Source: a bacterium (GTDB taxonomy: Bacteria; Patescibacteriota; Saccharimonadia; Saccharimonadales; SZUA-47). Taken from it: a DNA stretch of 64,000 bases. The stretch covers positions 31,963-95,962 of the forward strand of contig JAUHWW010000001.1 in NCBI GenBank assembly GCA_030427365.1, written 5' to 3'. Below the pieces are notes generated by a model that was not told where the DNA came from, made no database searches, and was given only the letters and a program-made list of their open reading frames with translations. A program made the position numbers and the translations under genes. Shown one piece after another: positions 45,913-54,852 of this stretch; position 1 is the stretch's first letter, and each line of letters opens with the position of its first letter.

Positions 45913-46584
45913 ATGTCAGTTGTCGATACTGTAATTGAGAAGCTCGCCCCATACGAGTGTATTGCTTGTCAGCGCCTTGGTGATCCTTTGTGCGCTCATT
46001 GCCTGTCGCTGGCCGGTTCCCCTCCCCCGGCTCGCTGCGCAGGCTGCAAGAAAATATCAAGCGCAAGCCAGACGTGCAGTACCTGCAAGAAATGGCTTCC
46101 CCTTGGAGTAATATATGTTGCCACGACACTCGATGGGATAGAGGAACGACTCTTGCACGCCTACAAGTTTGATCTGCAGCGCAGCGGCTCAAAAGCTATT
46201 GTCACGCTCATGAAGCAGGTGCTTGAAGGTGGAGAATATGACGTCATGACGTGGGTTCCCACCGCGCCAGCCCGTATCCGCTCAAGGGGTTTTGATCATG
46301 CTCGTTTGCTTGCAAAGGAACTCGCAAAGCATGAAGGCCTGCCGCCAATGGCTCAGCTGCTTCACCGGCGCAGCAACGTGCGTCAGCTCGGTGCTTCACG
46401 CAGAGAACGCCTCGAGCATATGGCCGAGGAGTTTATGCCAACAAATGCGCCTATAAAAGGCAAGAAAGTATTACTTATTGATGATGTCATGACGACTGGT
46501 GCATCTCTGGCCGCAGCAGCAAAAATGTTGAAGCAGATGGGGGCTCGCCAAGTTGACGGCCTCATCTACGCACAAAAACTATAA
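45913..46584 (+). CDS. comFC: ComF family protein (ComFC-type phosphoribosyltransferase with N-terminal Cys4 zinc finger)
   Basis: CIACQRLGDPLCAHC...CAGCKK...CSTC; PRTase motif VLLIDDVMTTGASL; start at ATG 45913 preferred over ORF-track 45790. Confidence 0.7.
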   Translation: MSVVDTVIEKLAPYECIACQRLGDPLCAHCLSLAGSPPPARCAGCKKISSASQTCSTCKKWLPLGVIYVATTLDGIEERLLHAYKFDLQRSGSKAIVTLMKQVLEGGEYDVMTWVPTAPARIRSRGFDHARLLAKELAKHEGLPPMAQLLHRRSNVRQLGASRRERLEHMAEEFMPTNAPIKGKKVLLIDDVMTTGASLAAAAKMLKQMGARQVDGLIYAQKL

Positions 46585-46586
46585 GG

Positions 46587-48032
46587 CTAAAAGGTAAGGC
46601 GCTCAACGGGCGCAAAATCATCGGTCAAAATGCTGCTAGGATCAACGGGAATGAGACTGCTGGCAAAGGCTTGACGAAGCGGAGCAATAATTTCTGTATC
46701 TCCCGCAACAACAATAAAGTTCTGCTTCCGATTTGGAGTAATTGCAGAGCCATCTGTTATGACAATCACGTCTTCAAACACCGATGCTTGCGTCGCCACC
46801 GCGCTCTGCATATATCCATCTGGATAGCGAGAGATAATGTTGCTAATAAACACGCCATAGCCCTGTAGACGCTGCTGCACGGCTGCTGCAGCCTCTTTTG
46901 TGGTCAAATGAAACGGCGGTGTTGTGGCAGAGAAGGCGTCCATAATAATCACATCGAATTGCTCGTCACTGTTTTTCAAAAAGGTTCTACCGTCTTCGTA
47001 GATGGTTTCGACAGTATCGCTGGTATGTCCAAAGTAGCTTCTAGCAATTTCATCAAGTGCTGGGTCGATCTCGACTGATACAACGCGTGAGATATTGTGC
47101 GCGCTCGCGTACTGCCTTGGCAAGGAGTGCACCGCCCCACCGATGATGGCGAGTGAATCTGGTGAAGCTGACAAACGTGTGATGACGTCGTTGATGCGCC
47201 GTCCGTAGTCCAGGACGATGGAGTCAGGACTATCAGGAAACACGCCCGACTGGATGCTTTGACCATCGGTTAATAGGTAGTGAACTGGTTGCCCGTCTCG
47301 TTTGCCCTGGAGCACCTTGTAGCGGGCGTGTGCTGTGTCAGTGTCTAGTAGCACCGCACTTGCGGCAGGCGTCGGCGCAATGAGAAGAAGTAGCACTCCA
47401 GCCACAGCAAGCAGCATTCTTCCCCAAAACAGACGGCTGGACTCTGCGATAAAGGAGCTGAGTATAAGGATAAGTGACAGAAAAATGCCAATATCACGCG
47501 AGCCGAAATAGCCAAGAAGCACGTAGCCGCTAACAAATGTTCCAAAGATGCTGCCGAGTGCGCTGGCAGCTTCGAGCCGCCCAATCGATTCACCGCTTGT
47601 TTTGAGCGAGGTAACGCGGATTTTCGCCAGGTGCGGCGTGATAAAGCCGATCAGCAAGCTGGCTGGTCCAAACAGCACCCCAGCAGACAGGAGTGCGCTC
47701 ACGCGAGTGTCCAAGGAGAAGCCATTAATCAGCGATAGCACCGGTTCGGTTAACAAGTTTGATATCAGCAGGCTAAACCCGCCCATCGCGATGATAATGC
47801 CGATATCTTTTGTTGGGTTGTCGCGGTCAGCAACTCGTCCACCCAGCCAGTAGCCGAGAGAGAGAAAGCTTAAAATAGTGCCGATCATCGCCGTCCATAC
47901 GTAGCTGGAAAGCCCAAAGTACGGCGCGAGCAGTCGTCCGCCGGTTATTTCAACGCTCAGCAGCACTGCACTGGTGATAAATGCCACCAGCTCGTAGCGG
48001 TAGCGATTATAAAAGTGTGATAGGTTATTCAT
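46587..48032 (-). CDS. membrane-anchored spermidine/spermine synthase-family (aminopropyltransferase-like) protein
   Basis: ~7 N-terminal TM helices + C-terminal SAM-MTase-like fold (VVSVEIDPALDEIARSYFG, FDVIIMDAFS); start moved to ATG 48032 to clear tRNA. Confidence 0.55.
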   Translation of the reverse strand: MNNLSHFYNRYRYELVAFITSAVLLSVEITGGRLLAPYFGLSSYVWTAMIGTILSFLSLGYWLGGRVADRDNPTKDIGIIIAMGGFSLLISNLLTEPVLSLINGFSLDTRVSALLSAGVLFGPASLLIGFITPHLAKIRVTSLKTSGESIGRLEAASALGSIFGTFVSGYVLLGYFGSRDIGIFLSLILILSSFIAESSRLFWGRMLLAVAGVLLLLIAPTPAASAVLLDTDTAHARYKVLQGKRDGQPVHYLLTDGQSIQSGVFPDSPDSIVLDYGRRINDVITRLSASPDSLAIIGGAVHSLPRQYASAHNISRVVSVEIDPALDEIARSYFGHTSDTVETIYEDGRTFLKNSDEQFDVIIMDAFSATTPPFHLTTKEAAAAVQQRLQGYGVFISNIISRYPDGYMQSAVATQASVFEDVIVITDGSAITPNRKQNFIVVAGDTEIIAPLRQAFASSLIPVDPSSILTDDFAPVERLTF

Positions 48033-48037
48033 AATTT

Positions 48038-48129
48038 TGGCGGAGAGGATGGGATTCGAACCCACGAAACGAGTCGCCCCGCTTACACGCTTTCCAAGCG
48101 TGCTCCTTCAACCACTCGGACACCTCTCC
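48038..48129 (-). tRNA. tRNA-Ser (anticodon GGA), long variable arm, genomically encoded CCA
   Basis: Revcomp GGAGAGGUGUCCGAGUGGUUGAAGGAGCACGCUUGGAAAGCGUG...GGGUUCGAAUCCCAUCCUCUCCGCCA; anticodon loop UUGGAAA. Confidence 0.85.
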
Positions 48130-48245
48130 GTAGCTACCGCTTTATTCTAGCAGCTTACCAGGGTAAAAAATTGCAGAAAAAACACCTTGCTTACGCTTTG
48201 AAACCAGTGATTAACAGGTTAAACTATAGGAAAGCAGCAAAAACT

Positions 48246-49118
48246 ATGGCAAAAAAGCAGCAAACACCAGTAATCAGTATTGAAGACGTCTCCAAGGTCT
48301 ATGGCTTTGGTGATGCAACAACCGTGGCGCTTGATGAAGTAACGCTCGAGGTTAACAAAGGCGAATTTATCGCTGTCATGGGGCCAAGTGGTTCGGGAAA
48401 AACGACGCTGATGAACATTATCGGTTTGCTCGACCGACCCTCACACGGCCGCTATATGCTGAGTGGCCGCGACGTATCACGCGTGAGCAAAAACCGACGC
48501 GCCAAAGTGCGTCGAGACAACATTGGCTTTATTTTTCAGTCATTTAATCTTTTGCCGAACATGACGGCTTTGGAGAACGTGGCCCTTCCGCTTGCCTACA
48601 AAGGTCGCACAAAAACGCGCCGGCTCAAACTTGCTTCGAACGTGCTGGACCGGGTTGGCTTGTCTGACCGCGAATATTATTTGCCGACGCAGCTCTCGGG
48701 CGGACAGTTGCAACGCGTGGCGATTGCCCGTGCTCTCGCCAATGACCCAAGCATTATTATCGCTGATGAGCCGACCGGTAATCTTGATAGCGTGTCAGCC
48801 CGCGTCGTGATGGAGATGCTCAGTGACATACATAAAACCGGCAATACGGTGATTATGGTGACGCATAACCCTTCCCTGACCCGCTACGCTGACCGCATTA
48901 TCTACATGCTCGATGGCAGCATCGTGTACGACGAAGCGAGTGCGGTGGGCGAGGTACCAAGCCGCGTGCAACGAGCGGTCAACGCACTGCGCCAATCTGA
49001 TGACGATGAGAAATTAGCGAATGTTTCAGCTATGATCGAGACAATGCCTGATAGCAAAAGCGACGACAAGCCGAAGAAGAAGCGGAAGTACAAAAAGCGG
49101 AAGAAGGCGAAGAAATGA
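48246..49118 (+). CDS. ABC transporter ATP-binding protein (MacB/LolD/FtsE-type) with Lys-rich C-terminal tail
   Basis: [42 protein letters not shown]; tail [14 protein letters not shown]. Confidence 0.85.
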   Translation: MAKKQQTPVISIEDVSKVYGFGDATTVALDEVTLEVNKGEFIAVMGPSGSGKTTLMNIIGLLDRPSHGRYMLSGRDVSRVSKNRRAKVRRDNIGFIFQSFNLLPNMTALENVALPLAYKGRTKTRRLKLASNVLDRVGLSDREYYLPTQLSGGQLQRVAIARALANDPSIIIADEPTGNLDSVSARVVMEMLSDIHKTGNTVIMVTHNPSLTRYADRIIYMLDGSIVYDEASAVGEVPSRVQRAVNALRQSDDDEKLANVSAMIETMPDSKSDDKPKKKRKYKKRKKAKK

Positions 49119-50341
49119 AGCTTTTAATCGAATACTACAAAATGGCGCTGCAGTCGATTCGGGCAGCTCGTTTCCGCTCACTTCTAACGATGTTCGGCAT
49201 CATTATTGGCGTGAGTTCGGTGGTTACAGTTATCTCGCTTGGCGAAGGCGTTCGTCAACAGGTCACGACGCAAGCTGGTGAGGTGTCTGATTCGCTGATC
49301 GTTGTACGCCCTGGCCGCGAGCGCGAAGCTAAGGCTTTTTCGTTGGATTCCCTGCGCTCCTACGTTAACAACAACACCGGCAGTCTGAGCGAGAAAGATT
49401 GGCGTGATACGCAAAAAGTCGAAGGTGTTCGCTCGAGCGTGCCTGTCGGCATCGTTAGTGGCATCGCTGAGTATGAGGAGCGAGAATACTCCGGAAGCAT
49501 TATCGCCAGCACGGAGCGCTTGCCAGTGCTGCTTAACCAAGAGGTAGAGTTCGGTGAGTTCTACGAAGACACTGCGTCATCCAGGCAGAAAACCGCGGTT
49601 ATAGGCCGTGACGTGGCGGAGCAGTTATTCGAAGAAAATGTGCCAATTGGCAAATCATTTCAGATACGCGGCGAAAAGTTCATCGTTATCGGCGTGTTTG
49701 CGCAGCAAGATTCTGGGACGTTTGCTGCGATCAACGTCAACACCTCAATTATGATTCCGTTTGATGCCGCTCGCGATATTGGCGGCACGATCCAGCTGCT
49801 ACAGATTTATATCGAAGCAGCGGAGTCGGCGGATGTTTCGATGGTATCTCAGGCAGTTCGAAAAACGCTGATAGAGAATCACGCTGGTCAGGAGGATTTT
49901 ACCCTGCTGGAGCGTGAGGAAGCGCTTGAAGCGACCAACGCCGTGTTTTATCAGCTTACCGTCTTTATCGCTGGTGTTGCCTTTATCTCATTCATTGTTG
50001 GCGGCATCGGCATCATGAACATTATGTTTGCCACCGTCAGTGAACGTACACGGGAGATTGGCATCCGCAAGGCGATTGGCGCAACAAATTCGCAGATTTT
50101 GGGCCAGTTTATGATGGAGGCAACGGTTCTCAGCCTGGTTGGCGGGATATTTGGCATTGGTCTGGCGCTACTAGCAAATGGGATCATTCGCGTCACATCA
50201 GACTTGCAGCCGGTTACTACGTGGCAAGTTGTCGTTATCGCTGCGGTGATTTCTGTACTGACTGGGATTGTATCTGGGCTTTTACCTGCTGTACGCGCTG
50301 CGAGGAAGGATCCGATTACATCCCTTCGCTCCGGTATCTAA
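49115..50341 (+). CDS. ABC transporter permease, FtsX/MacB-type
   Basis: N-terminal TM, large extracytoplasmic domain, 3 C-terminal TM with GIGIMNIMFATVSERTREIGIRKAIGA. Confidence 0.8.
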   Translation: MKLLIEYYKMALQSIRAARFRSLLTMFGIIIGVSSVVTVISLGEGVRQQVTTQAGEVSDSLIVVRPGREREAKAFSLDSLRSYVNNNTGSLSEKDWRDTQKVEGVRSSVPVGIVSGIAEYEEREYSGSIIASTERLPVLLNQEVEFGEFYEDTASSRQKTAVIGRDVAEQLFEENVPIGKSFQIRGEKFIVIGVFAQQDSGTFAAINVNTSIMIPFDAARDIGGTIQLLQIYIEAAESADVSMVSQAVRKTLIENHAGQEDFTLLEREEALEATNAVFYQLTVFIAGVAFISFIVGGIGIMNIMFATVSERTREIGIRKAIGATNSQILGQFMMEATVLSLVGGIFGIGLALLANGIIRVTSDLQPVTTWQVVVIAAVISVLTGIVSGLLPAVRAARKDPITSLRSGI

Positions 50342-50376
50342 ACGAACAGTGTGACAAAAAAGGTACAATTAAATAG

Positions 50377-50994
50377 ATGAAGCTTACTCTCAGGCGGTTT
50401 AATAATTTTTTGTCGGTCATCGTTATAGTGCTTGGCCTCTACATCGCTATTACGCCGTTCTTGCCCGTGATAGGCTACTGGTTTACAGACAAGTCGCCGG
50501 AAGCGAGCGCACCGTACGGTGGAGGTTTGGCTGAGCGAGTTGGTAGCTCGAGCGACGCTCCCCCACCCCAGGAGAACCGAATCGTCATTCCGTCTATTCA
50601 GGTGAACGAGCCAATTTTAGAGAGTTCAAACATCGGCGTCATCAATGATGGTGGTACGTGGCGTCGTCCAAACACAGCGACGCCGACTGAGGATGACAAC
50701 ACGGTGATTGTCGGTCATCGTTGGTTTGGTAATGAAGTCTCCACGTTCTATCACCTGGATAAAGTCCAGCCAGGGCAGACTTTGGCGCTGTATTGGGAGG
50801 GTGAAGAACTCTTGTATGAAGTCGTTGCCAAAGAAATTGTCGATGCGACGGCAGTGCAAATCGAAGCGCCAACGGATGAAAAACTGCTAACAATCTATAC
50901 ATGCGATCCAATTTGGACGGCCAGAAATCGGCTCGTTATTGTCGCGAAACCGCTTGTGAATGATACGAATGCTCAGGAGACAGAGGATGTTTAA
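50377..50994 (+). CDS. sortase (class E-like transpeptidase)
   Basis: N-terminal TM anchor; catalytic His in VIVGHRW, Cys in LLTIYTCDP (TLxTC), Arg in ARNRLVIVA. Confidence 0.75.
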   Translation: MKLTLRRFNNFLSVIVIVLGLYIAITPFLPVIGYWFTDKSPEASAPYGGGLAERVGSSSDAPPPQENRIVIPSIQVNEPILESSNIGVINDGGTWRRPNTATPTEDDNTVIVGHRWFGNEVSTFYHLDKVQPGQTLALYWEGEELLYEVVAKEIVDATAVQIEAPTDEKLLTIYTCDPIWTARNRLVIVAKPLVNDTNAQETEDV

Positions 50995-51124
50995 GAAACT
51001 GCGAAACTGGCAGCTAACAGAAAAGCAACGAACGATTATTTTGCTGTTATTGCTCGCCTTCGCCATCGGGTTTATCATCTGGACCCGCCAGCAGTATTCC
51101 ACGAATTTTGTTGATAGCTTTTAG
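50987..51124 (+). CDS. possible 45-aa single-TM small protein overlapping sortase stop
   Basis: ATG 50987; MFKKLRNWQLTEKQRTIILLLLLAFAIGFIIWTRQQYSTNFVDSF*; not in ORF track. Confidence 0.3.
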   Translation: MFKKLRNWQLTEKQRTIILLLLLAFAIGFIIWTRQQYSTNFVDSF

Positions 51125-51786
51125 CTGGCCAAGGAATCAAGCAGTTTTTTATCAAGCGCAGTTAAGCTGTGGAGTTTTAGATCGGCGGTGTTAATGAACG
51201 GGTGGTCAAAGTGTTCTTCATCAGGCACCGCAATACACGTCATTTTTGCGGCTTTTGCCGCCAGCACACCTGAAGGTGAATCTTCAAACACGAGGCAGTG
51301 CTGCGGCTCGACGTTGAGGTGTGAGGCGGTCGATATAAATACTGCCGGATGAGGCTTCCCATGAGTTTCATGTTCTGCAGAGAACAGCTCGACAAAGTAA
51401 TCACGTATGCCGAGTGTGCTGATGACCACATCGATGAGTTCTGATGAAGAGCTTGATGCGACTGCGAGGGGCACGTTTAGAGATTTACAGATATCAAGTG
51501 TTTCCTTGACGCCATCTCGCAGGGTGCCCTCTGCTTTGACCAGCTCAAGTACGCCGTCAATAATACCGGCTTCGATGTCTTTACGAGATTTACCTTCCCA
51601 GGGACGCTCATGAAACCAGTGTTCGACCACCTCATCGATTCGTCTTCCCATTGTCGACTTCATGTCTTCTTCTGTCAGATCAACGCCGACGCTTGCAAAC
51701 ACCTCTTTTGAAGCGCGTCTCCAAAACGGCTCGCTGTCAATTAGCAATCCATCCATATCAAAAATAATTGCTTTGATGTTACTCAT
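51121..51786 (-). CDS. HAD-superfamily hydrolase (beta-phosphoglucomutase-like)
   Basis: Motif I IIFDMDGLLIDSE; 221 aa. Confidence 0.8.
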   Translation of the reverse strand: MSNIKAIIFDMDGLLIDSEPFWRRASKEVFASVGVDLTEEDMKSTMGRRIDEVVEHWFHERPWEGKSRKDIEAGIIDGVLELVKAEGTLRDGVKETLDICKSLNVPLAVASSSSSELIDVVISTLGIRDYFVELFSAEHETHGKPHPAVFISTASHLNVEPQHCLVFEDSPSGVLAAKAAKMTCIAVPDEEHFDHPFINTADLKLHSLTALDKKLLDSLAS

Positions 51787-52810
51787 CCAAAGCTTTCTTC
51801 ATCTTCTCGACGAGGTCTACTGGGGCTGGGTCGACGCCGTTTAAGAGCCCGGTGTACATGCTGACGAAATCGCCGAAGGCTACGAGGTAGAGGATGTGCT
51901 CAAGAATCGTTTCTCCCTTGGCGTCAACAACGTGTGGACTTGGGCGCAGGCCAGATAAGACGCGCTCGGTGACGGTAAAGCGCTTTTGCACGCGCTCATG
52001 CTCGAAGCTAGAGCGCAAATCAATCACGCTGTAGGGTTTATCAACCGGATGCGATGACCAGCCAATGAGTTCGTTGTGCGAGAACTCCGGGATTTCGTTG
52101 CACCAGGCGACGTTTTTGGCGTTTTCGTTGAAGCTTATTTTCCATTTATAGGCGGCTGGGAACATCTTGCTGCCGGCGTAGATCACTGGAGAGGTGCCAG
52201 CGACCTCCAGTGCGAGTTGTTTGGCGGGATTATTTTCAGTTGGGACGTCTGGTAGCCAGTTGGCAATTTCGCTTTTCAAAAAATCAGCTGCTTCGTGAAG
52301 CGTTTTCTCAGCGCCTTCAGCCGCAACCAAACCAGCCCGCTCGAGGATGGTCACCAGTGATTTGAGGCCATTGAGTGCTGCGTAGCGTGGCTGAGCAGAT
52401 TTCGGGAGCAGCGTGAGCGGGTAGCCTTTTGCTTCGGCAATCTCAACGAGTTTACCGCCGCTGGCCGCAACGACGATTTGTGCACCGGCATTTTCGCCGG
52501 CTTCGAGTGCGGATAACGTCTCTTCGGTATTGCCGGAGTAGCTAGAAACGATGAGCAAGGTCTTGTCAGATATGTAGGATGGCGCATCATAGCGGCGCCA
52601 GATTTCAAACGGCACGCTGAAGCCAGGCCAGGTTGTTGCTATCAGCGCCCAGAGTGCTGACCCGCCCATACCGGCAAAGACAATGTTCTCAACTTCGAAG
52701 TCAAGCTGGGGAAGGTCGTACTCGGTTGTGAGCATGTGCCACTGTCCGGCAGCTAAGCCCAGAGCGTCCTGAGTGTCTTTTTGGTGAATGTATTTTAGAT
52801 CGTCTAGCAT
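51779..52810 (-). CDS. bifunctional phosphoglucose/phosphomannose isomerase (SIS-domain PGI/PMI family)
   Basis: 343 aa; GMGGSALWALIA and second SIS repeat; overlaps HAD gene by 8 nt. Confidence 0.65.
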   Translation of the reverse strand: MLDDLKYIHQKDTQDALGLAAGQWHMLTTEYDLPQLDFEVENIVFAGMGGSALWALIATTWPGFSVPFEIWRRYDAPSYISDKTLLIVSSYSGNTEETLSALEAGENAGAQIVVAASGGKLVEIAEAKGYPLTLLPKSAQPRYAALNGLKSLVTILERAGLVAAEGAEKTLHEAADFLKSEIANWLPDVPTENNPAKQLALEVAGTSPVIYAGSKMFPAAYKWKISFNENAKNVAWCNEIPEFSHNELIGWSSHPVDKPYSVIDLRSSFEHERVQKRFTVTERVLSGLRPSPHVVDAKGETILEHILYLVAFGDFVSMYTGLLNGVDPAPVDLVEKMKKALDE

Positions 52811-52877
52811 TGTGCCTCTTCCCTTTTATGCTCTATACTATAGCGCAAAGCAATAACAACAAATAAGGGTGGGGTGA

Positions 52878-53465
52878 ATGTTCGGACAGCCAGACGATCA
52901 ACAAATGGGAGCACAATCAGGCGTCGTGCCGCCGCAAAATCCGGCGATGCTCGATAACGTATCAACAGGCCAGCCGAGCGGTGGGCAACAACAACCTGAT
53001 CCAACATTTACCCCGATGGGCGATGGCTCAAATGGGCAGCAGCAACCATCACAGCCAGTCATGAATCAGCCGATGCCGCCGCAGCAGTCGATGGGCACGC
53101 AACAAATGCAGCAACCTGGTCCGATGTACCAGCCACCTGCTGATCACACGCATCATTATCAGCCTCCAGCACAGTCGAGTTCGCAAGCTTCGTTTGCCCC
53201 GGATGTTGGCGGTATCGACAGGCAGAAATTGAACGATCTGAAGAAAGCCGCCATGCACGAGCTGGAAGGGCTTGTCGATAAAATTGATGGCGATCCGGAG
53301 CAAGTTTTCCGCACGACTATGATGATGATTCAGGCGAACGACAATCATGCCTTGCTCGATAGGGCGCTTGAGACGGCCAAGAAGATTACTGATGATAAGA
53401 AGCGCGCCGAAGCGCTGATGGATGTAGTGAACGAGATTAATTATTTTAGTCAGAGCTCTCAATAA
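52878..53465 (+). CDS. hypothetical protein with Gln/Pro-rich low-complexity N-terminal half and helical C-terminal domain
   Basis: QQQPDPTF...QQPSQPVMNQPMPPQQSMGTQQMQQPGPMYQPP. Confidence 0.45.
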   Translation: MFGQPDDQQMGAQSGVVPPQNPAMLDNVSTGQPSGGQQQPDPTFTPMGDGSNGQQQPSQPVMNQPMPPQQSMGTQQMQQPGPMYQPPADHTHHYQPPAQSSSQASFAPDVGGIDRQKLNDLKKAAMHELEGLVDKIDGDPEQVFRTTMMMIQANDNHALLDRALETAKKITDDKKRAEALMDVVNEINYFSQSSQ

Positions 53466-53552
53466 AAAGCCCTGTTCCGACGGGCAAACGGCCAATATTT
53501 TTGACGTCAAAAATATTGGATAAAAACCGCTCGCGGTTCAGAAAAACATCTT

Positions 53553-53674
53553 GGCAATACCCGGAAAAACTAACGTTCCTGCGGAACGCTCAAAGGCGGC
53601 CAGCAACTGTTCTCCTAGTTATTTGTTGCTGGCTGGTCCTCGGAAGTGACTCGCTAGTTTTTCCGGGTATTGCC
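53553..53674. repeat. 122-bp element bounded by 23-bp near-perfect inverted repeats with two internal hairpins (candidate structured sRNA or MITE-like element)
   Basis: GGCAATACCCGGAAAAACTAACG ... CGCTAGTTTTTCCGGGTATTGCC (22/23 complementary); internal cgttcc-tgc-ggaacg and gccagcaac-N20-gttgctggc. Confidence 0.4.
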
Positions 53675-53724
53675 AGAGTTTACTGAAAGCGAGAGAGCGG
53701 CTAGAGCTGGGAGCTCTGCGCCGT

Positions 53725-54249
53725 CTAGCCAAAGAGAAGTTTATGCGCTTTGCGTATGATGTCGGGGTATAGGGGGTATGAGAATTCAAGGGAATCTATC
53801 TCATCAAGATCGTAAAATTCTACCCCTGCAACGTCATCATGGGCTTGTATATCTTTTTTATTGACGATGATTGCAAAGTCCATGGTTAGCGTCGATACAG
53901 ATTCATTGCTGAACTCGTAGTCGTCTGCAGTCCAGCTACAACAAAATAAAGGCGTACTGTAGTCATCACGCTCAAGTTCTAGCTCTTCTAATATCTCTCG
54001 TGACAGGCCGTCTTCTACCGTTTCATTAAGCATGATAAAGCCGCCTGGGAGGTCTTTCTTGCCTTTATTCGGGTCAATTCCTCTTGTTGAAACAAGAACT
54101 TGGCCGGCCGGATTAAAAATCACAGCCTCGGCGCACGGACGAGAGTTTTCATAACAAAGATTGCCGCAGCTGGAGCATTCCCATGGCTGCTCTTTGCCAT
54201 CAACGTATTTTGCTCCACATAAGTGGCAGTAGTTTTTTACAATCTTCAT
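53725..54249 (-). CDS. NUDIX hydrolase with N-terminal Cys4 zinc ribbon (NudC-like)
   Basis: CHLCGAKY...CSSCGN; NUDIX box GGFIMLNETVEDGLSREILEELEL. Confidence 0.6.
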   Translation of the reverse strand: MKIVKNYCHLCGAKYVDGKEQPWECSSCGNLCYENSRPCAEAVIFNPAGQVLVSTRGIDPNKGKKDLPGGFIMLNETVEDGLSREILEELELERDDYSTPLFCCSWTADDYEFSNESVSTLTMDFAIIVNKKDIQAHDDVAGVEFYDLDEIDSLEFSYPLYPDIIRKAHKLLFG

Positions 54250-54344
54250 TGAGATTATTTTATCATCGAAAGCCTAGCGAAGCTGGCGTTTAAGACTGAG
54301 ACAGTAGCCGAGTTCCTTTGTTTAGAGTAGGGCTTCAGCATCTG

Positions 54345-54848
54345 CTATGTATTGTATGTTACTTCAAAAGAATGCGGTTTTGGGTGCCACTCAATAGAGA
54401 CGTATGATCCAACACCTTCAAAATGATACGGCAGAGATTCTACCGCTACGTCGATAACACCCGAGATTTTATCGTAAAGTGCTCCTTCTGGATCATCCTC
54501 ATCATTACCTGGGTCGTGCCGAAGTACGGCTCTGTGTGGTGAGAAGTCTTTCGAAGTAAAAAAATCAGTAGCCACCTGTAAAAATTCTATTTGCTGAGCA
54601 CTATAATATCTTTGGGCATGACTAAGATAGATCGCTACTTCATCCTCATGAACGAACCCAACCGCAAGAGCATTGCATGAAACGAGTCCACCTGTGTTCA
54701 TAGCCAATCTGGAGCTACTCGGCCCAGATATAGCAGCTGCTTCTGGATATCCAACGTTCATTCGAGGATGCAATAACTTTCGGGGGTTCTCCCAGTTGCT
54801 CGAGAGACGCTTCTGGCCGGGAGCATAGTACTCACCGTAGAATTTCAT
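54345..54848 (-). CDS. hypothetical protein
   Basis: ORF track, 167 aa, no recognisable motif. Confidence 0.4.
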   Translation of the reverse strand: MKFYGEYYAPGQKRLSSNWENPRKLLHPRMNVGYPEAAAISGPSSSRLAMNTGGLVSCNALAVGFVHEDEVAIYLSHAQRYYSAQQIEFLQVATDFFTSKDFSPHRAVLRHDPGNDEDDPEGALYDKISGVIDVAVESLPYHFEGVGSYVSIEWHPKPHSFEVTYNT

Positions 54849-54852
54849 CTAA

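Noticed and set aside
27061-48129. Interpreting the T4SS-like block as an integrative conjugative element inserted at tRNA-Ser
   Set aside because: No integrase, excisionase, relaxase or coupling protein ORF seen; no direct repeat of the tRNA 3' end noticed; GC content of the block looks similar to flanks by eye. Cannot be excluded without the rest of the genome.
53553-53674. Calling the inverted-repeat element an SRP (4.5S) RNA
   Set aside because: Only a weak GGUCC.CGGAAG resemblance on the 3' arm; the apex does not form the conserved domain IV symmetric/asymmetric loops by manual folding.
53501-53686. 61-aa ORF 53501..53686(+)
   Set aside because: Lies across a 23-bp inverted-repeat structure in a convergent intergenic region; no RBS; better explained as RNA/repeat element.
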